Source: an uncultured virus (IMG/VR IMGVR_UViG_3300048008_000607)
Taxonomy: Duplodnaviria; Heunggongvirae; Uroviricota; Caudoviricetes; Crassvirales
Strand: one strand, 5' to 3'
DNA: 64,000 nt
Virus record (IMG/VR): IMGVR_UViG_3300048008_000607
The position numbers were made by a program, and so were the translations under genes. The notes under the pieces are model-generated. The model saw nothing but the letters and a program-made list of their open reading frames with translations, had not been told where the DNA came from and ran no database searches. The first letter of the stretch is position 1. Every line of letters begins with the position of its first letter. Below are positions 49,981 to 59,700 of the stretch, piece after piece.

Positions 49981-50400
49981 ATGAAAAAATTTATATTTAT
50001 AATGTTGTTTCCTGTATTTGCTATAGGACAAAATTACTACGATGATGCATTACGTTTTCAAAATAATATAAGAAGCTATTATGATATGCCTGTAATGTCA
50101 TATAATAATGAACTAGCTTTAGAAGCCCAAGTTTGGGCAGAACATTTAGCTAGTATTGATGATGTACAAGTTAGCACAGATAATTATGGTGAAAATATAT
50201 TTTATATTGATAAAATATATGCAGGTGTACGAAACAAAAATGTTTTATTAGAAGCCTCAATTAATTGGATTGTTGATACAGATAATTGGGATACTTTTAA
50301 TCAAATAATATATCCTGAAGCAACAAATATTGGATTTGGTATGGCAGAAAATAATGAATCAATATATGTAGTTGCTAAGTATAATAAACTGCACAAATAA
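49981..50400 (+). CDS. Secreted CAP/SCP-domain protein
   Basis: Probable start MKKFIFIMLFPVFAIG-Q (signal peptide); N.IR...L...AQ.WAEHL, GENI, IGFG, YVVAKY. Confidence 0.65.
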   Translation: MKKFIFIMLFPVFAIGQNYYDDALRFQNNIRSYYDMPVMSYNNELALEAQVWAEHLASIDDVQVSTDNYGENIFYIDKIYAGVRNKNVLLEASINWIVDTDNWDTFNQIIYPEATNIGFGMAENNESIYVVAKYNKLHK

Positions 50401-50401
50401 T

Positions 50402-51163
50402 ATGTTTTATATTTATCACATTCCTGGTAAAAAAATAGGTGTAACACGTAATCTAAATAACAGAGTTACGCTGGTGCAGGGCTATAAGCCTGATGAATAT
50501 GAAGTTCTTGATTCTTCTGAAGATATAGATTATATATCTGAGAAGGAAATAGAACTTCAAAAGTCTTACGGATATAAAATTGATAGAGCATTATATAAAA
50601 ATTTATTTAAATCAAATGTAAAAATGGACATAAACATCACAGAACAAACAACAACTTTTCCAGTTGAAAAAAAGAAATTAAAAAAGTTTCTTAAAGATAA
50701 CATTGAAAGTAAATGGAAAACTTCATTAGGTGTATTTGAAATAAACAAAGAAACAATTAAATGGATTTTTAAAAACTCTAAAGTATCAATGTACAATGAT
50801 CAACGTTCTTATATTTATAATAAAGCCTTTTATGAAGCTTTTTTGGCAGAGCCAACGTACAACAAAGAAAACATATTTGGACTCATTAGAGACTGGGCAG
50901 ACGAGCGCGGTATCTATGATAAAGGAGATGTTAAAACTCAACTAATTAAATTATATGAAGAATCAGGAGAATTATCGCAAGGGATACTTAAAGACAGCCA
51001 ACCAGATATTATTGACGCTATTGGTGATTGTGTTGTTGTTCTCACTAATCTCGCCCACCTTGCAGGTACCGACATTGAAAGCTGTATTCAGTCTGCTTAT
51101 GATGAAATATCTACTAGAACTGGTGAAATGAAAAATGGTACATTTGTAAAAACAACATTATAA
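50402..51163 (+). CDS. GIY-YIG-like domain fused to MazG-like pyrophosphohydrolase
   Basis: Probable start MFYIYHIPGKKIGVTRNLNNR; C-terminal WA..RG...KLYEESGEL...DAIGD. Confidence 0.75.
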   Translation: MFYIYHIPGKKIGVTRNLNNRVTLVQGYKPDEYEVLDSSEDIDYISEKEIELQKSYGYKIDRALYKNLFKSNVKMDINITEQTTTFPVEKKKLKKFLKDNIESKWKTSLGVFEINKETIKWIFKNSKVSMYNDQRSYIYNKAFYEAFLAEPTYNKENIFGLIRDWADERGIYDKGDVKTQLIKLYEESGELSQGILKDSQPDIIDAIGDCVVVLTNLAHLAGTDIESCIQSAYDEISTRTGEMKNGTFVKTTL

Positions 51164-51390
51164 TGAGAGATCAAATAATAAAACAAGTTATAAATAAAAT
51201 TCAATCAAGATCAGATGTTGGTTATAAAAAGTATGGTGTTACTTTAGCGGATGATGATCAACCACTTGATACATGGTTGCAGCACTTACAAGAAGAATTA
51301 ATGGATGCTGTTAATTATCTTGAGAAAGCTCGTATGGTATTAAGAGATGAGGTTGAAGAATGTTATATTAGAGATGCGAAGAAAAATTAA
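51163..51390 (+). CDS. Small all-alpha NTP-pyrophosphatase-like protein
   Basis: 75 aa; KYG...HLQEELMDAVNY acidic motif. Confidence 0.5.
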   Translation: MRDQIIKQVINKIQSRSDVGYKKYGVTLADDDQPLDTWLQHLQEELMDAVNYLEKARMVLRDEVEECYIRDAKKN

Positions 51391-51820
51391 AAAAAGAGGA
51401 CCTGTTAGAGCAAAAAAAATTAGTTATGATGGTCATAATTTTGCTTCAGGTTTAGAACGTTATATGTATATTGCTTTAAAGAAAGCAAAAATAAAAGCTA
51501 AATATGAGGGAGAAACATTCGTTTTAATTAATGGCTTTCACTTTGAAAACGAAGCTTATGAAAGGCAAGCCAATGGAAAAGGTGAGTATGTCAATAGAGG
51601 TAGTAAAAGAATATTACCTATTAAATATACTCCAGACTTCATTGGTAATGATTTTATAATTGAAACCAAAGGAAGGCCAAACGAATCGTTTCCTATTAGA
51701 TGGAAGTTGTTTAAAAGATTAGTTACGGAACAATTTCCTGAGTACACTTTGTATAAGCCACAAAATCAAAAAGAATGCGACAGAACAGTAGAGCTCATCC
51801 TGAGCAAGCAAAAAAAATAG
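51347..51820 (+). CDS. Endonuclease I-like (T7 gp3) resolvase
   Basis: FASGLE...YE...YTPDF...IIETKG; start may be ATG 51374. Confidence 0.8.
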   Translation: MRLKNVILEMRRKIKKRGPVRAKKISYDGHNFASGLERYMYIALKKAKIKAKYEGETFVLINGFHFENEAYERQANGKGEYVNRGSKRILPIKYTPDFIGNDFIIETKGRPNESFPIRWKLFKRLVTEQFPEYTLYKPQNQKECDRTVELILSKQKK

Positions 51821-51950
51821 CTAGATTAAAATACGCTGAGCGCCAAATAGAAAAATGGATTAAGTGGTCCATAAATAATAGAGGTTATATAAAGTATAAA
51901 GAATTGGTTGAAATACACGATCAATATAACATAAAATGTTATGATTAAAT

Positions 51951-52085
51951 ATGAAAAATTGGGAGCTTAGCGTCGGATTATACCCCGGTATACTTATAGG
52001 TATAAGAACATATGTTGAACCAGAATATAAACAGCACGTGCTTTATTTGCCGTTTGTGGATATTTGCTTAGAAATTGATAATTAA
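51951..52085 (+). CDS. Hypothetical protein (44 aa)
   Basis: Hand-translated MKNWELSVGLYPGILIGIRTY...LPFVDICLEIDN. Confidence 0.5.
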   Translation: MKNWELSVGLYPGILIGIRTYVEPEYKQHVLYLPFVDICLEIDN

Positions 52086-52086
52086 T

Positions 52087-53055
52087 ATGGGTTTATTTGA
52101 TGAAAGAATTGCATACAAACCATTCGAATATCCAGAATACTATACTGAGGGATGGCTTAAACAAGCTCAGGCGTTCTGGCTACATACCGAGATACCAATG
52201 TCAGGTGACGTCAAGGATTGGAACGAAAAGCTTACACACGAAGAGAAAAACTTGGTTGGAAATATCTTGCTGGGCTTTGCACAGACAGAGTGTGCGGTAT
52301 CTGATTACTGGACGCAAAAAGTTGTTTCGTGGTTTCCAAAGCATGAAATACAGCAGATGGCTATGATGTTTGGTTCGCAAGAAACAATACATGCTGTAGC
52401 TTATAGTTATTTAAATGAAACATTAGGATTAGAAAACTTTGAAGCATTCCTACAAGATGATGCAACAATGGCTCGATTTGACAACCTCGTTGCTTTACCA
52501 GGTGATAATACTGTAGAAATTGGTACTTCTCTTGCAGTCTTTAGCGCATTTGCTGAAGGCGTTTCCTTATATTCTGCTTTCGCTGTGTTATACAGTTTTC
52601 AGTTACGTAATCTTCTTAAAGGTATCGGACAACAAATGAAATGGAGTGTTCGTGATGAATCGCTGCATAGTAAAATGGGTTGTCAGTTATTTAGACATAT
52701 GTGCCAAGAAGATAATAGCTTATTAGAAAAATGTAGAGATGAAGTTATTGAAGCAGCATCGGCAATGCTTGTCGCTGAAGAAGATTATATTGACAGAATG
52801 TTCGAAGCAGGCGATATTGAAGGAATTAAAGCAGCCGACCTTAAACAGTTTATTAGAAAAAGACTTAACGAAAAGTTACAAGAACTTGGTTACCTTGACC
52901 TCGGGCAATACTTTGCTTTTAACAAAGAGCAAGCAAGTACCCTTGACTGGTTTTACCATCTTACAGGCGGTCATACCCATACTGATTTCTTTGCTGTTCG
53001 TCCAACAGACTATTCTAAAGCAAATGAAGGAGAAGATTTTGAAGATATTTGGTAG
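52087..53055 (+). CDS. nrdB: Ribonucleotide reductase class I beta subunit
   Basis: ETIHAVAY, EGVSLYSAF, RDESLH di-iron motifs; DFFAVRPTDY tail. Confidence 0.93.
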   Translation: MGLFDERIAYKPFEYPEYYTEGWLKQAQAFWLHTEIPMSGDVKDWNEKLTHEEKNLVGNILLGFAQTECAVSDYWTQKVVSWFPKHEIQQMAMMFGSQETIHAVAYSYLNETLGLENFEAFLQDDATMARFDNLVALPGDNTVEIGTSLAVFSAFAEGVSLYSAFAVLYSFQLRNLLKGIGQQMKWSVRDESLHSKMGCQLFRHMCQEDNSLLEKCRDEVIEAASAMLVAEEDYIDRMFEAGDIEGIKAADLKQFIRKRLNEKLQELGYLDLGQYFAFNKEQASTLDWFYHLTGGHTHTDFFAVRPTDYSKANEGEDFEDIW

Positions 53056-53405
53056 TGAGAAAGTGTAATAAATGTAACAAAGAAAAATCTACACATAAGT
53101 TTAGATATGGCAAAAGAACTTGTAAAAAATGTGAATATCGTTTTAAACAAAGATTTTTACGCATATTAGTACAAGATAAAAGACTAACAGCAGTAGAAAG
53201 ATTATCTTTTAGATTAGGATATATGGGCACAGCTTTTATGATGATGTCACCACATTTACTTAGCCACGGAAATATTGGTGCTATAACTTATGTGATAGCG
53301 GGATTATTATTAACACCTCAAGTATTTGTATTAAAACAATGGAATCTCGTGGCGGTAAACCTAAATGTAACAATTGGATATTTAATTTATTTATATAATG
53401 CATAA
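53049..53405 (+). CDS. Zinc-finger plus membrane-helix protein
   Basis: 118 aa; CNKC...CKKC followed by hydrophobic segments. Confidence 0.5.
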   Translation: MVVRKCNKCNKEKSTHKFRYGKRTCKKCEYRFKQRFLRILVQDKRLTAVERLSFRLGYMGTAFMMMSPHLLSHGNIGAITYVIAGLLLTPQVFVLKQWNLVAVNLNVTIGYLIYLYNA

Positions 53406-53611
53406 TGAAAGAAAACAAACTAATAGAAATGTGGAACAGGATAGAAGTGCTGGGCCAAAACATGCAACAGATAATAACAGAAATGAACAATCTCAGAGAT
53501 TTATCTATTGGGACGATGAGCCTAATGAAAAAACTACCTGACTATGATAAAGCAATAGAAGCTTTAACAGAAGATCTAAAAAAAGAAAAAGAAAATAAAG
53601 ATGTGGAATAA
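53405..53611 (+). CDS. Hypothetical coiled-coil protein
   Basis: 68 aa; within the operon. Confidence 0.5.
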   Translation: MKENKLIEMWNRIEVLGQNMQQIITEMNNLRDLSIGTMSLMKKLPDYDKAIEALTEDLKKEKENKDVE

Positions 53612-55343
53612 CGACTGGGTTAAAGGTGAGGATTATCCTATATGGGGTGATACTGAAGTTTATAAAAAAACAATTACTGGTGGTTACTTGTTTCAAAATG
53701 AATCACCAAAAGAAGCATATTGGCGTGTGGCTAATGCAGTTGCTAAGCGTTTATATAAGCCTGAATTAGCTGAAAAGTTTTTTCAATATATATGGGATGG
53801 TTGGTTATGTTTAGCTTCACCAGTGCTATCTAATACAGGTACAGATAGAGGTTTACCTATTAGTTGCTTTGGTATTGATGTTGCTGATAGTATAAATGAT
53901 ATAGGACAAAAGAATTTAGAAATGATGCTATTAGCCAAGCATGGAGGCGGTGTTGGCATAGGAGTTAATATGATAAGACCCGCCGGTGCTAAAATTACAG
54001 GTAATGGAACAAGTGATGGAGTGGTCCCGTTTTGCAAGATATACGATTCAACAATACTTGCCACTAATCAAGGATCTGTCCGCAGAGGAGCTGCGTCAGT
54101 TAATATCAATATTGATCACCCCGACTTTGAAGAATGGTTGGAGATCAGAGAACCAAAAGGAGATGTTAATAGACAATCACTTAACTTACACCAGTGCGCT
54201 GTGGTCGGTGACAAGTTTATGCGAAGACTTGAACAAGGAGATAAAGAAGCTAGAGTCAAATGGTCAAAGCTATTACAAAAACGTAAAGCAACTGGAGAAC
54301 CTTATATACTCTTTAAGGGAAATACAAACAAAAATAATCCAAAAGCGTATAAATCAAATGGGCTCAAAGTCCATATGACAAACATATGTAGTGAAATTAC
54401 ATTACATACAGATGAATCGCATAGCTTTGTTTGTTGTTTATCTTCTGTTAATTTAGATAAATATGATGAATGGAAGAATACTAATTTAATATATGATGCA
54501 ACATGGTTTTTAGACGGGGTACTGGAGGAGTTTATTCAGAAAGCAAAAAACATGAAGGGATTCGAAAACTCTGTCCGCAGTGCGGAAAAAGGACGTGCCC
54601 TTGGTCTAGGAGTATTGGGATGGCACAGTCTACTCCAAAAGAATGGCATTGCGTTCGAAGGTTTATTAGCTCAATTTAAAACACGTGAAATTTTTAGCAA
54701 AATTAAGATTGAGTCTGAAAGAGCATCGCGAGATCTTGCAGAGGTATATGGGGAGCCGCTCTGGTGTGTCGGTACTGGTATGCGTAACACTCATCTTCGG
54801 TCTGTGGCCCCTACAGTCTCTAACAGCAAGCTTAGCGGTAACGTATCTCCTGGAATTGAGCCTTGGGCTGCTAACGTATTTACAGAGCAAAGTGCTAAGG
54901 GTACGTTTATTAGAAAGAATAAAGAACTTAAAAAAGTATTAAGAAAAATTGGAATTGATGTTAAAGAAACTTGGGACAAAATTTTGGAAGATGGTGGATC
55001 CGTTCAAGGAATTAAAGAACTCGATGGATGGTTTTATGATCATGGGGGGAAGCTCAACCAAGAAGAAGGAGAACCATTAAAAAATGTATTTAAAACATTT
55101 AAAGAGATTAATCAATTAGAATTAGTTAATCAAGCTGGTATACGTCAAGATTATATAGATCAATCAGTAAGTTTGAATTTAGCATTTCCATCAGAAGCAC
55201 AACCTAAATGGCTTAATAAGGTACATTTAGAAGCTTGGAAACGTGGAATTAAAACATTATATTATATGAGAACTGAATCTGTTTTAAGAGGTGATATTGC
55301 GGCTAAAGCAATGGATCCTGATTGTTTAAGCTGTGACGGATAA
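53601..55343 (+). CDS. nrdA: Ribonucleotide reductase class I alpha subunit (short, no ATP cone)
   Basis: 580 aa; ASPVLSN, ISCF, RRGA, NICSEI, VCCL, APT, KTLYY, C-terminal CLSCDG. Confidence 0.95.
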   Translation: MWNNDWVKGEDYPIWGDTEVYKKTITGGYLFQNESPKEAYWRVANAVAKRLYKPELAEKFFQYIWDGWLCLASPVLSNTGTDRGLPISCFGIDVADSINDIGQKNLEMMLLAKHGGGVGIGVNMIRPAGAKITGNGTSDGVVPFCKIYDSTILATNQGSVRRGAASVNINIDHPDFEEWLEIREPKGDVNRQSLNLHQCAVVGDKFMRRLEQGDKEARVKWSKLLQKRKATGEPYILFKGNTNKNNPKAYKSNGLKVHMTNICSEITLHTDESHSFVCCLSSVNLDKYDEWKNTNLIYDATWFLDGVLEEFIQKAKNMKGFENSVRSAEKGRALGLGVLGWHSLLQKNGIAFEGLLAQFKTREIFSKIKIESERASRDLAEVYGEPLWCVGTGMRNTHLRSVAPTVSNSKLSGNVSPGIEPWAANVFTEQSAKGTFIRKNKELKKVLRKIGIDVKETWDKILEDGGSVQGIKELDGWFYDHGGKLNQEEGEPLKNVFKTFKEINQLELVNQAGIRQDYIDQSVSLNLAFPSEAQPKWLNKVHLEAWKRGIKTLYYMRTESVLRGDIAAKAMDPDCLSCDG

Positions 55344-55391
55344 ATAAAAATAAGAAAAATCTTATTTAAGTTTTTTGTCAAAAATGAAAAT

Positions 55392-55430
55392 AAAAAATTA
55401 AGGGGAAAGCTTTTTGCAATCCCCTTTTTT
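55392..55430. terminator. Bidirectional intrinsic terminator between the convergent blocks
   Basis: AAGGGGA...TCCCCTT stem flanked by an A tract and a T tract. Confidence 0.75.
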
Positions 55431-55435
55431 ATTTA

Positions 55436-55517
55436 AGCAACTTATTGCTTTTTATGTATTATAAGTTGTGCTAAATAGCAACTTATTGCTTGTTTTGTAT
55501 TATAAGCTGTACTAAAT
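55436..55517. repeat. Tandem 41-bp imperfect duplication
   Basis: 55436-55476 and 55477-55517, 37/41 identical; each begins AGCAA-CTTA-TTGCT. Confidence 0.85.
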
Positions 55518-55523
55518 AATAAT

Positions 55524-55889
55524 TTATTTCTTATTTTTAAATTCAAAGTTGTCACCTGACAATGCTAATTTATCAATAACTTCAGATTGATAATCTCTTA
55601 ACATTTTTTCAAGTTTATCTTTTTCATCTACAACTTGTAATATTTGAGCTTCTAAAGATTCGTTTTTACCTTTCAATGATTCTAGCTCTTCAGGATTTTT
55701 ACCTATAAATGTATATATAACAACAGATAAAGATCCAACTAACATACCTACAATTACTTTAAATATATCGTTGTTCGTTTCTGGTATTTCATAAAATGCT
55801 AAAAATAACAATAGTGCCATTACTAATAAAAACACAGTAGCAGCCCCAATATATCCGCGCATTTCTTTGTTTGCAAAAGGATTTTTCAT
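55524..55889 (-). CDS. Two-TM membrane protein with coiled coil
   Basis: 121 aa; two hydrophobic helices flanking IPETNND. Confidence 0.6.
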   Translation of the reverse strand: MKNPFANKEMRGYIGAATVFLLVMALLLFLAFYEIPETNNDIFKVIVGMLVGSLSVVIYTFIGKNPEELESLKGKNESLEAQILQVVDEKDKLEKMLRDYQSEVIDKLALSGDNFEFKNKK

Positions 55890-55892
55890 AAT

Positions 55893-56186
55893 TTATCTTT
55901 TCTTACGGTCAATATCTCTTCTTAAATATTCTATATCTTTCATAAAAGCTCGCATCTCTGCTTCTAAAGCTTTAACTTCTTCTTCTGTTTTTCTTTGATT
56001 AGGCCAAGTATACTTTTGTTCGTTTTCTTTTAACTTCTTAGTCTGTAATTCTACAGCATCAACTCTTGCATTAAGAGTATAATAAGAACCTATAATAGAA
56101 ACAAATAAAGTAAGTACTGTTATGATTTGCATTGGAGATATGCTGAAATCAGCTTTTCCATCTCCATTAATATCTATCTTACTCAT
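55893..56186 (-). CDS. Single-TM coiled-coil protein
   Basis: 97 aa; N-terminal DINGDGKAD loop, transmembrane helix, coiled coil. Confidence 0.6.
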   Translation of the reverse strand: MSKIDINGDGKADFSISPMQIITVLTLFVSIIGSYYTLNARVDAVELQTKKLKENEQKYTWPNQRKTEEEVKALEAEMRAFMKDIEYLRRDIDRKKR

Positions 56187-56338
56187 TTCTTTTTGTTTTT
56201 TAATTTTTCACCTATTTGTATAATTGTATATACTAGTGTAGCAGTTAAAACTAAAGTAGATAAAATTGGATTTAGCTCACTAATCATTCCGCCGGTTAAT
56301 GCGGAGATACTTATTCCGTAAATCTTCAAATCTTCCAT
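56183..56338 (-). CDS. Small holin-like membrane peptide (51 aa)
   Basis: Hand-translated MEDLKIYGISISALTGG...LVYTIIQIGEKLKNKKK. Confidence 0.5.
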   Translation of the reverse strand: MEDLKIYGISISALTGGMISELNPILSTLVLTATLVYTIIQIGEKLKNKKK

Positions 56339-56340
56339 TA

Positions 56341-56628
56341 TTAATATTTGCATGACGTTTTCATCGTCACGGGACTAACTCTTCTGGGCTTACCAGCAGG
56401 CTGCCCAATTCTTTTTTTCTCAGCTATTTTTTTACTTTTTTCAGAGCTTGACATTTCCCCAACTGTTTTAGGTGTCTTAGATGATATTCTTTTTTTAGGT
56501 CTGCAATACGGAGTACCTCTACTTTCGCCTTTGCTTCGACCACATGGTTTACCTGTACTAACATCAGTCCACTCTTCTTTAAACCAACGTTTAAGTGATG
56601 CTCCTTTTTCAGTTTTATTTACAGCCAT
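56341..56628 (-). CDS. Small basic phage protein
   Basis: Probable start MAVNKTEKGASLKRWFKEEW..GKPCGR..PYCRP; TAATG coupling with the upstream ORF. Confidence 0.6.
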   Translation of the reverse strand: MAVNKTEKGASLKRWFKEEWTDVSTGKPCGRSKGESRGTPYCRPKKRISSKTPKTVGEMSSSEKSKKIAEKKRIGQPAGKPRRVSPVTMKTSCKY

Positions 56629-56783
56629 TATCCTAATTTCCCCCCTCTTTTCCGGCATTTAGCAATATAACCCGATGCATAAGCTGATGGGAATACTCTG
56701 TATTTTGCTTTTGCTTTACGATAACATGCATCCTTTTTAGTTAAAGGTGTAGATGTTTTTGCTGTTATTGGGTTATATTTCAT
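56628..56783 (-). CDS. Small basic phage protein (51 aa)
   Basis: Hand-translated MKYNPITAKTSTPLTKKDACYRKAKAKYRVFPSAYASGYIAKCRKRGGKLG; ATGA overlap with the giant gene. Confidence 0.6.
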   Translation of the reverse strand: MKYNPITAKTSTPLTKKDACYRKAKAKYRVFPSAYASGYIAKCRKRGGKLG

Positions 56784-59700
56784 CTTTTAAATTTTCTTTT
56801 AACTGTTCTATTTATATTTCTATTTGTATCTCTAGGATTAAACTTTTTAGATTTTTTAGTTTGCTTTTCAATCATGTTCAAATCCCATTCGCTCCAACCG
56901 AGTGATAATGCAATTGCTTGCCATAATTCTGTTTCAGATTGCATAGCAGTATAAAGATGATCTGCTTTCTGTACAATTCTATCTGCGGGTAAGTTTGTTG
57001 CAGCAGATAATACTTTACCTCCAGCTAAAAATGCAGGATTTTCTAAACTAAATCCTTCTGTAAATACTTTTTCTTTCGATTGCTTATAAGTAAATGTTTT
57101 ACCGGCAGATTCAAGTTTTCTTAATTTAGAATTAATAGGAGGCGAAAGTGATGTTGCTTCAATTGCAATTTTAGTATAATCAGGCCTTGATTTTTCGGAT
57201 TGCTCAATTATTTCTATAATCATGTTTTTTACAGTAGCAGCCGCTGCACCATAAACGCCAATACCCCTTAGTAAAGTATCAAAACTACTGTTACCAATTC
57301 TAAATAGTCTAGACTTTTCTTTATCATCATCTTCATCATCAAACAATAAAGCAAATAATCCTTGTTGTAAAGCAGAGAATATAATATTCTGTATTACACT
57401 ATAATAAGCAATCTTACTTATATTTGTTTTCCAATCTCCACGTCCATTAATCAAATCTAATGTAGCTTTTTTAGTTAACCGAGCGTATTGCATAGGTGTA
57501 TTACCAAAAGCTAATATAAGACGCCCTAGTGAGCTTGCTTGCTGTGATGATATTCTATCAGGTCTTGCAGATTGTTGTGTTTCTTCTGCAATTTCTTGAA
57601 AATCTGTAAATGCTTTCGATTCAGCCTCTTTTTGACTTAAACCTTCTTTTAAATATTTATTAATTCTGTTACGGTACATTGTAGCTCCGCCAGATGCAAT
57701 CGCAAAACTATCAGCAATTTGAGTTGGTGTAAAACCAAATTTAAGCAAAGCACTTAGCATTGCTCTTGCTGTATTTTTAGACCCTTTTGCTGCTCTAGCA
57801 ATTTCATCCGCATTAACATCAGTTTGTAAACCTGTTCTACGTTGCTTTAAAAAATCTGAATTAAATAATGTTGTAAAATCTTTTACATATTGTGGAAAAT
57901 TACCAAAAGCAAGTGCTGCGTTAATAGGATTGTTATCACTAAAATTTATAAAGTTAACAGCTGATAAAGTCTGGAGCACAGCGGATCTAGCGTTGAAAAA
58001 CATAATAGCACCTACAGAATTGTTCGTCCAATCCATAAATTGTTTTTCAATTTTACTAGCACCAAATTTTCTATTAGTGCCGGTACGCATTCTATGGAGC
58101 ATGTCATTTAATGCCTCAACATATGTATCCCCGTATAAAGCTCTTAACTTTTCTTTATTTTGATCAGAAAATATTTCGTCAGCGTTTTGTTTCCATTCAG
58201 TTAAAAATTCACTACGCTTAACACCATTTATATAAGATACAATGTCTGTTGTTATATCACCTGAATCCCAATTATCTGATGGTTCTGGATAACCTTCTGG
58301 CTGTAACGCCATTAATCGATCGGCAAAAGCTTTTAACTTTTTGTCTGCTTTAACTATTTCTAGGTTTTGCTGTACTAATTCTGGGCTTCCTTCGGTTCCT
58401 GGTATGTCCATACCTTGTGTAGCCCAAATATAAATACGCACCGCGTCTTGATTAGTTAGTCCAGTAGCATTCCTTTTACCTAACCCACCCGGCACATCTT
58501 TTTTAGCTTCTTTTTTTAGTACTTGCCAATCCCTAAGTGCTTTTTGTTTTGCAGCCTCATATTGTTGAATACCACGAGAAAATGGTCGAAGTAAATTTTC
58601 CTTATACCATTCCATTTGCCGATCTCCCACTTTACCTTTACCTAATGTTGCATATAATAAACCAACAAAATCATCTGCTGAATAAGGAATAAAGAATTTT
58701 TTACCTTTACCTTTTCCAACAACTTTGGCTTCAACCGGTGAAAATCTTTTAGCCCAATCTACTTTAGTAGTTTTTTGTAATATATCTTCATTAAATTGTC
58801 TATTTAAAGATTTTTTATTAGGATCATTTTTAAAATATACTAAGTCCTTGTTTACATCTAATATATTATTATATCTGTCAACAGTATTACCAGTCTTTGG
58901 TATAAGGTCTTTTCCTTTTTGTCTACTTTGAACTAAATCTACAAAGCTTTTATCTAAAACTTTTTTAATAGCATTTGTAAAATCTAAAGCGCTATCGCCT
59001 TCTTTGTAATTATCTATTATTTTTTCAAGTTGTTCTCTTAATGTAGCAATTGGAGGAGTATGTTCATATGTAACTTCTTTAACTCCTTTTTGGTATGATC
59101 TTAATTTACCCATCATTCTAAGCGGAGTATCACTTGCGGTATTACTACCCCAAAGCTGTAAAAGATTTTTAGCGTCTTCTTTAAGGTTTTTAAAAGTTAA
59201 TCTTGTTATTTCATCTAAAACAACTTTTTTATTGTACTCTGCTTGATTATCAAAGTCATCTAAATTTTCTTTTATATATTGAGTAAACTTAACAGGATCT
59301 TTAGCAAAGCTGCCACTTTTCCCCGTCATAGTTTTAGGATTACTATTTTTAACTAATTCTCTTAGTTTTTTATTATCAAAGAATATTGTAAAGTTTACTT
59401 TTCCTGTTACTTTAAATCTTTTTAAATCTTCTTTAGATATTAAGTTTTTGCTTTTAACAAACTCAAATAATTCTTTTGAATTATTACCTACAACAAATCC
59501 ACCGTTTTTAAGTGGGTCACCTATATATCTCATAAAATTAATTACATCTTCTAAATTTTTAGATTTTTGTAATTCAATAATTTTATTTTCTACAATTTTT
59601 CTTGCTCTTACTTCAGATATAGCAACATCTAAATTTTTAACAAATTTTTCATTTGTTTCAATATCAGCTATATCTTCTGGCTTTGTAAATGTTTTTTTAG

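Noticed and set aside
51905..51935. Ninth early-promoter copy (ATACACGA), and a similar partial match near 38918
   Set aside because: Lacks the correctly spaced TACA and GGATAAT elements.
55449..55476. dif-like site (TTGTGCTAAAT resembles a XerD arm)
   Set aside because: No recognisable XerC arm at the right spacing.
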